Below are positions 32,416 to 35,298 of a DNA stretch of 35,298 nt, in pieces; the stretch's first letter is position 1, and each line of letters begins with the position of its first letter. A program made the position numbers and the translations under genes. This stretch comes from Reclinomonas americana ATCC 50394 (Eukaryota): positions 62,001 through 97,298 of the forward strand of contig PS015093.1 in NCBI GenBank assembly GCA_048213135.1. The letters run 5' to 3'. The notes under the pieces are model-generated. The model did not search any database, was not told the DNA's origin, and saw only the letters and a list, made by a program, of their open reading frames with translations.

Positions 32416-34344
32416 ATGGAAAAGCATGAGGAAGAGGAGGAGGAGGTCACAGTGGCAACAGGCAAGCGACGTGAGGCTGACTGTGAGGTACACAGGGCGC
32501 ACGCAGCTCTCAGACTGTGCCTCTCTCTGACAGTCTCTTTCTTCAAAGGTGTGCAGTGAGCGTCAGGCACAGTACCGCTGCCCTGCATGTGACATGCGCA
32601 CGTGCTCTGTGGCCTGCGTGCGCACACACAAGGAGAGCACAGGGTGCGATGGAAGGCGATCGCGCACCAAGTACCTCGATGTGAGCGAGTTCTCCGATGT
32701 CGACCTGCTGAGTGGTGAGAGCACACAGACACACACACACTGACACACACACACACACACTTACACACACACTTACACACACTGACGCACTCTCCTTCCC
32801 TCACTCACTCACTCACTCCTTCCCTCACTCCTTCCCTCCCTCACTCGCTCACTCCTTCCCTCCCTCCTTCCCTCCCTCCTNNNNNNNNNNNNNNNNNNNN
32901 NNNNNNNNNNNNNNNNNNNNNNNNNNNNNNNNNNNNNNNNNNNNNNNNNNNNNNNNNNNNNNNNNNNNNNNNNNNNNNNNNNNNNNNNNNNNNNNNNNNN
33001 NNNNNNNNNNNNNNNNNNNNNNNNNNNNNNNNNNNNNNNNNNNNNNNNNNNNNNNNNNNNNNNNNNNNNNNNNNNNNNNNNNNNNNNNNNNNNNNNNNNN
33101 NNNNNNNNNNNNNNNNNNNNNNNNNNNNNNNNNNNNNNNNNNNNNNNNNNNNNNNNNNNNNNNNNNNNNNNNNNNNNNNNNNNNNNNNNNNNNNNNNNNN
33201 NNNNNNNNNNNNNNNNNNNNNNNNNNNNNNNNNNNNNNNNNNNNNNNNNNNNNNNNNNNNNNNNNNNNNNNNNNNNNNNNNNNNNNNNNNNNNNNNNNNN
33301 NNNNNNNNNNNNNNNNNNNNNNNNNNNNNNNNNNNNNNNNNNNNNNNNNNNNNNNNNNNNNNNNNNNNNNNNNNNNNNNNNNNNNNNNNNNNNNNNNNNN
33401 NNNNNNNNNNNNNNNNNNNNNNNNNNNNNNNNNNNNNNNNNNNNNNNNNNNNNNNNNNNNNNNNNNNNNNNNNNNNNNNNNNNNNNNNNNNNNNNNNNNN
33501 NNNNNNNNNNNNNNNNNNNNNNNNNNNNNNNNNNNNNNNNNNNNNNNNNNNNNNNNNNNNNNNNNNNNNNNNNNNNNNNNNNNNNNNNNNNNNNNNNNNN
33601 NNNNNNNNNNNNNNNNNNNNNNNNNNNNNNNNNNNNNNNNNNNNNNNNNNNNNNNNNNNNNNNNNNNNNNNNNNNNNNNNNNNNNNNNNNNNNNNNNNNN
33701 NNNNNNNNNNNNNNNNNNNNNNNNNNNNNNNNNNNNNNNNNNNNNNNNNNNNNNNNNNNNNNNNNNNNNNNNNNNNNNNNNNNNNNNNNNNNNNNNNNNN
33801 NNNNCGGAAGGCTGGGCGATCGTTGGTGCTGCTGGTGCCGGTGGAGGGCGTGCCTGGTCGCGATAGCTTGTTCCACGAGGTCGATGTGTCGGTGCCGCTG
33901 CGTGAGGCGCTGCGCGACATGCAGATTGTGGAGTTCCCCACGGTGCATGTGTACACCGCGGCGGAGCTGGCAGAGGCGACGGCCAGCGAAGGCGTGCGAG
34001 TGGTGACTACTGCCGAGGTGCAGGCCATGAGACCAGCCGCCGCAGCCGCCACGACAGCAGCCGCGGAGGATGGCGGAGAGGTGCCTGCAAGAGGTCGCGG
34101 AGGTCGAGGAGGAGGACGTGGCCGCGGTGGCGGCCGTGGCGATGGTCGTGGGCGCGGTCGTGGCGGAGGTCGTGGACGAGGTGCCTTTAACACAGCAGCA
34201 CCAGCAGCAGTAGAGGCACCAGAGGCAGCTCCAGCAGCAGCGCCACCTCCGCCTCCTCCAGCACCAGTTGCCGCGCCACCAGTTGCCGAAGCTCGCGGCC
34301 CGTCAACGATGCACGATTTCATTCGAAGTTTAGCCATGAAGTAA
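32416..34344 (+). CDS. BCD1: Box C/D snoRNA biogenesis protein BCD1/ZNHIT6 (zf-HIT); middle lost in N-gap
   Basis: CEVCSERQAQYRCPACDMRTCSVACVRTHKESTGCDGRRSRTKY...LLSD zinc-finger HIT; C-terminal LREALRDMQIVEFPTVHV motif. Confidence 0.9.
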
Positions 34345-34497
34345 TACAAGTAGACCATTATAGACACGCGAACGCTGCGACGTCGAGGAGAGGAGGAGAA
34401 GAACAAAAAGCAATTCCCTCCGTGTCCCGCGTCCGCTTGATCTTCAATCACCCGCCAAACACCGAGCTCTCCTCTCCACTCTCTCTCTCCACATACA

Positions 34498-35298
34498 ATG
34501 CAGCTCACAATCGTCACTGACACGCGAGTGGTTCAACTCGAGGTCGACACCAGTGAATCGGTGAGTGAGACACAGTGAGAGAGAGAGACAAGTCACAATC
34601 AGTGGGCGCGTGCCCCCTTCTTACACAACGCACACACTCACTCACTCTCTCACTCACACTCGACTGACTGCCGTCACTCACACAGGTGGAGAACGTCAAG
34701 GCACTGTTGGAGGCCGAGGTCAGTTTGTGCATGAGAGCAGTGCTCAAACATCGGAGACAACTCCCCACTCACTCTCTCTCTCACACACAGGTGGACGTGC
34801 CCATTGACCGTCAGATCCTCATACACAAGAGTGCCGAGCTCGACAGTGCCACCACCTTGGAGGCCGCACGTGTTCACCCGGGAGATGTGCTCATTCTGCG
34901 AGTGCGACCAGGCATTGCTGCTCCTCCTCCTCCTCCTCCAGCAGCAGCTGCTCCTGTGGCACAAGCAGACCCCATGTTCCAGCAAGTGATGACGCGACTA
35001 CAGCAGCAGCATCCGGCCATGTGGCAGCGTATGGTGGCGGACCCGTACTTTGCGCAGGCGCTGGCCTCGGGGCGAGCGGATGTGTTGCAGGCGGCCATTG
35101 CGCAGCGATCGATGATGGAGATGGCGGCGGCGGGGCGCGGGCAGGCGATGCCACCCATGCCCATGATGGGCGGTGGAATGCCCATGATGGGAGGGGGAAT
35201 GCCCATGATGGGGGGAGGGATGCCCATGATGCCGATGATGGGAGGAGTTGCGCGCGCAGGGACTGAAGGCATGAAAGGTGGTTGTTGTGTGCTGACTC
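34498..35298 (+). CDS. DDI1: DDI1-like ubiquitin-like-domain shuttle protein, 5' part (runs off window)
   Basis: Spliced MQLTIVTDTRVVQLEVDTSESVENVKALLEAEVDVPIDRQILIH...GDVLIL UBL, then a helical DPYFAQALASG segment. The aspartyl protease domain is not in the window, so another UBL protein is possible. Confidence 0.7.
35157..35246 (+). repeat. Coding 21-nt minisatellite encoding (MPMMGGG)x3 plus partial units
   Basis: ATGCCCATGATGGGNGGNGGN tandem units. Confidence 0.9.

Noticed and set aside
1-35298. Introner-like elements, given the many similar-sized introns often ending ATGCAG
   Set aside because: Non-paralogous introns share no internal sequence or terminal inverted repeats that I can see.

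Overview
Gene-dense, intron-rich eukaryotic (protist-like) nuclear DNA with roughly 80 short (mostly 50-80 nt) spliceosomal introns, intronic microsatellites and seven N-gaps. Hand-splicing gives, in order: a possible gene 3' end (1-675); a 3-exon 53-aa microprotein gene; a seven-transmembrane protein fused to a TKL-type kinase (minus strand, joined through a GC-AG intron and two micro-exons); three tandem signal-peptide-bearing GT31 glycosyltransferase paralogs with an unrecognised N-terminal region (third copy frameshifted); MDM12 (ERMES); a virilizer/VIRMA homolog; an RNI-like LRR protein; CDK20; mitochondrial Era; BCD1/ZNHIT6; and the 5' part of DDI1. The most striking signals are (i) a frequent second class of 5' splice site, N|GTT(G/A)(C/A)G, i.e. 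the usual GTGCGT/GTACGT/GTGAGT with one extra T and usually no -1 G, and (ii) the 7TM-kinase fusion. All gene models are manual and unverified by transcript data.
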